Assembly (NCBI GenBank): GCA_002633005.1
Contig: NMRA01000014.1
Span: forward strand, 920,955 to 984,954
Length of the DNA stretch: 64,000 nucleotides
Direction: 5' to 3'
DNA from: Phoronis australis
Taxonomy: Eukaryota > Animalia > Phoronida
Positions within the stretch are counted from its first letter, which is position 1; each line of letters starts with the position of its first letter. Positions 63,633-64,000 of this stretch are shown piece after piece. The translations under genes and the position numbers were made by a program. The notes beneath the pieces are model-generated. The model ran no database searches and had not been told where the DNA came from. It saw only the letters and a list, made by a program, of their open reading frames with translations.

Positions 63633-63937
63633 GCGGATTTAGGAGGGGGGGGCAGTGCCGCCTTAGCTGCCGCAAGGAAAATGAAAGAGCAACAACGAGA
63701 AGCGTGAGGAAATATTGAAGACAGTATGAAGTGGGAGCGGAATCGGATGAGGGGGGGCTCAGATCGCAGATCGCGGCAACCGTGTTCCTGTTTTTTCTTA
63801 GTCTACCAATAGACTTTGCGAACAGGAAGTGCACATCCTTGGCCTCGCAACTTTCAGGCCGCTTGTGCATACAATCACGCTTTGCCCAAGAGGCAACATG
63901 TTGGGCCTCCCCTTATGTTATCCTAGATCCACCACTG
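63633..63937. mobile_element. GGCGGAT-family MITE
   Basis: GCGGATTTAGGAGGGG...TATCCTAGATCCACCACTG; shares CTT.GCTGCCGCAAG with 19788-20023. Confidence 0.7.
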
Positions 63938-64000
63938 TATTCCATATTCAAGTGTTGTTCCACACAGCTACCAACAAGGTTTTGAAAATTTATGGGCATA

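Overview
Intron-rich, repeat-rich eukaryotic DNA. An animal is clear from the domain content; a marine invertebrate such as a lophotrochozoan is my inference. The window is dominated by a minus-strand tandem array of three paralogous type I membrane receptor genes, which I reconstructed by hand from GT/AG splice sites (all internal exons phase 1-1). Gene A (~6.5-14.7 kb): signal exon, divergent SUEL/RBL-type lectin domain, kringle, TM, short tail. Genes B (~20.9-36.4 kb) and C (~43.9-53.7 kb): signal exon, SUEL-like, kringle-like, two TSP1 domains, TM and a ~400-aa cytoplasmic tail encoded in a single exon. That tail has helical repeats followed by a domain that matches the dynein heavy-chain stalk-head microtubule-binding domain (MTBD) motif by motif, but with acidic residues where dynein has tubulin-contacting basic ones. 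All three tails carry an LxxVxE (PP2A-B56-type) motif. Introns and intergenic DNA hold many TE relics: a palindromic Kolobok-like THAP element, a ~680-bp foldback, many MITEs, Gypsy integrase and RLE non-LTR fragments, tRNA-derived SINEs and micro/minisatellites. Start codons of the three genes were not confidently located. Domain calls are by eye; no searches were run.
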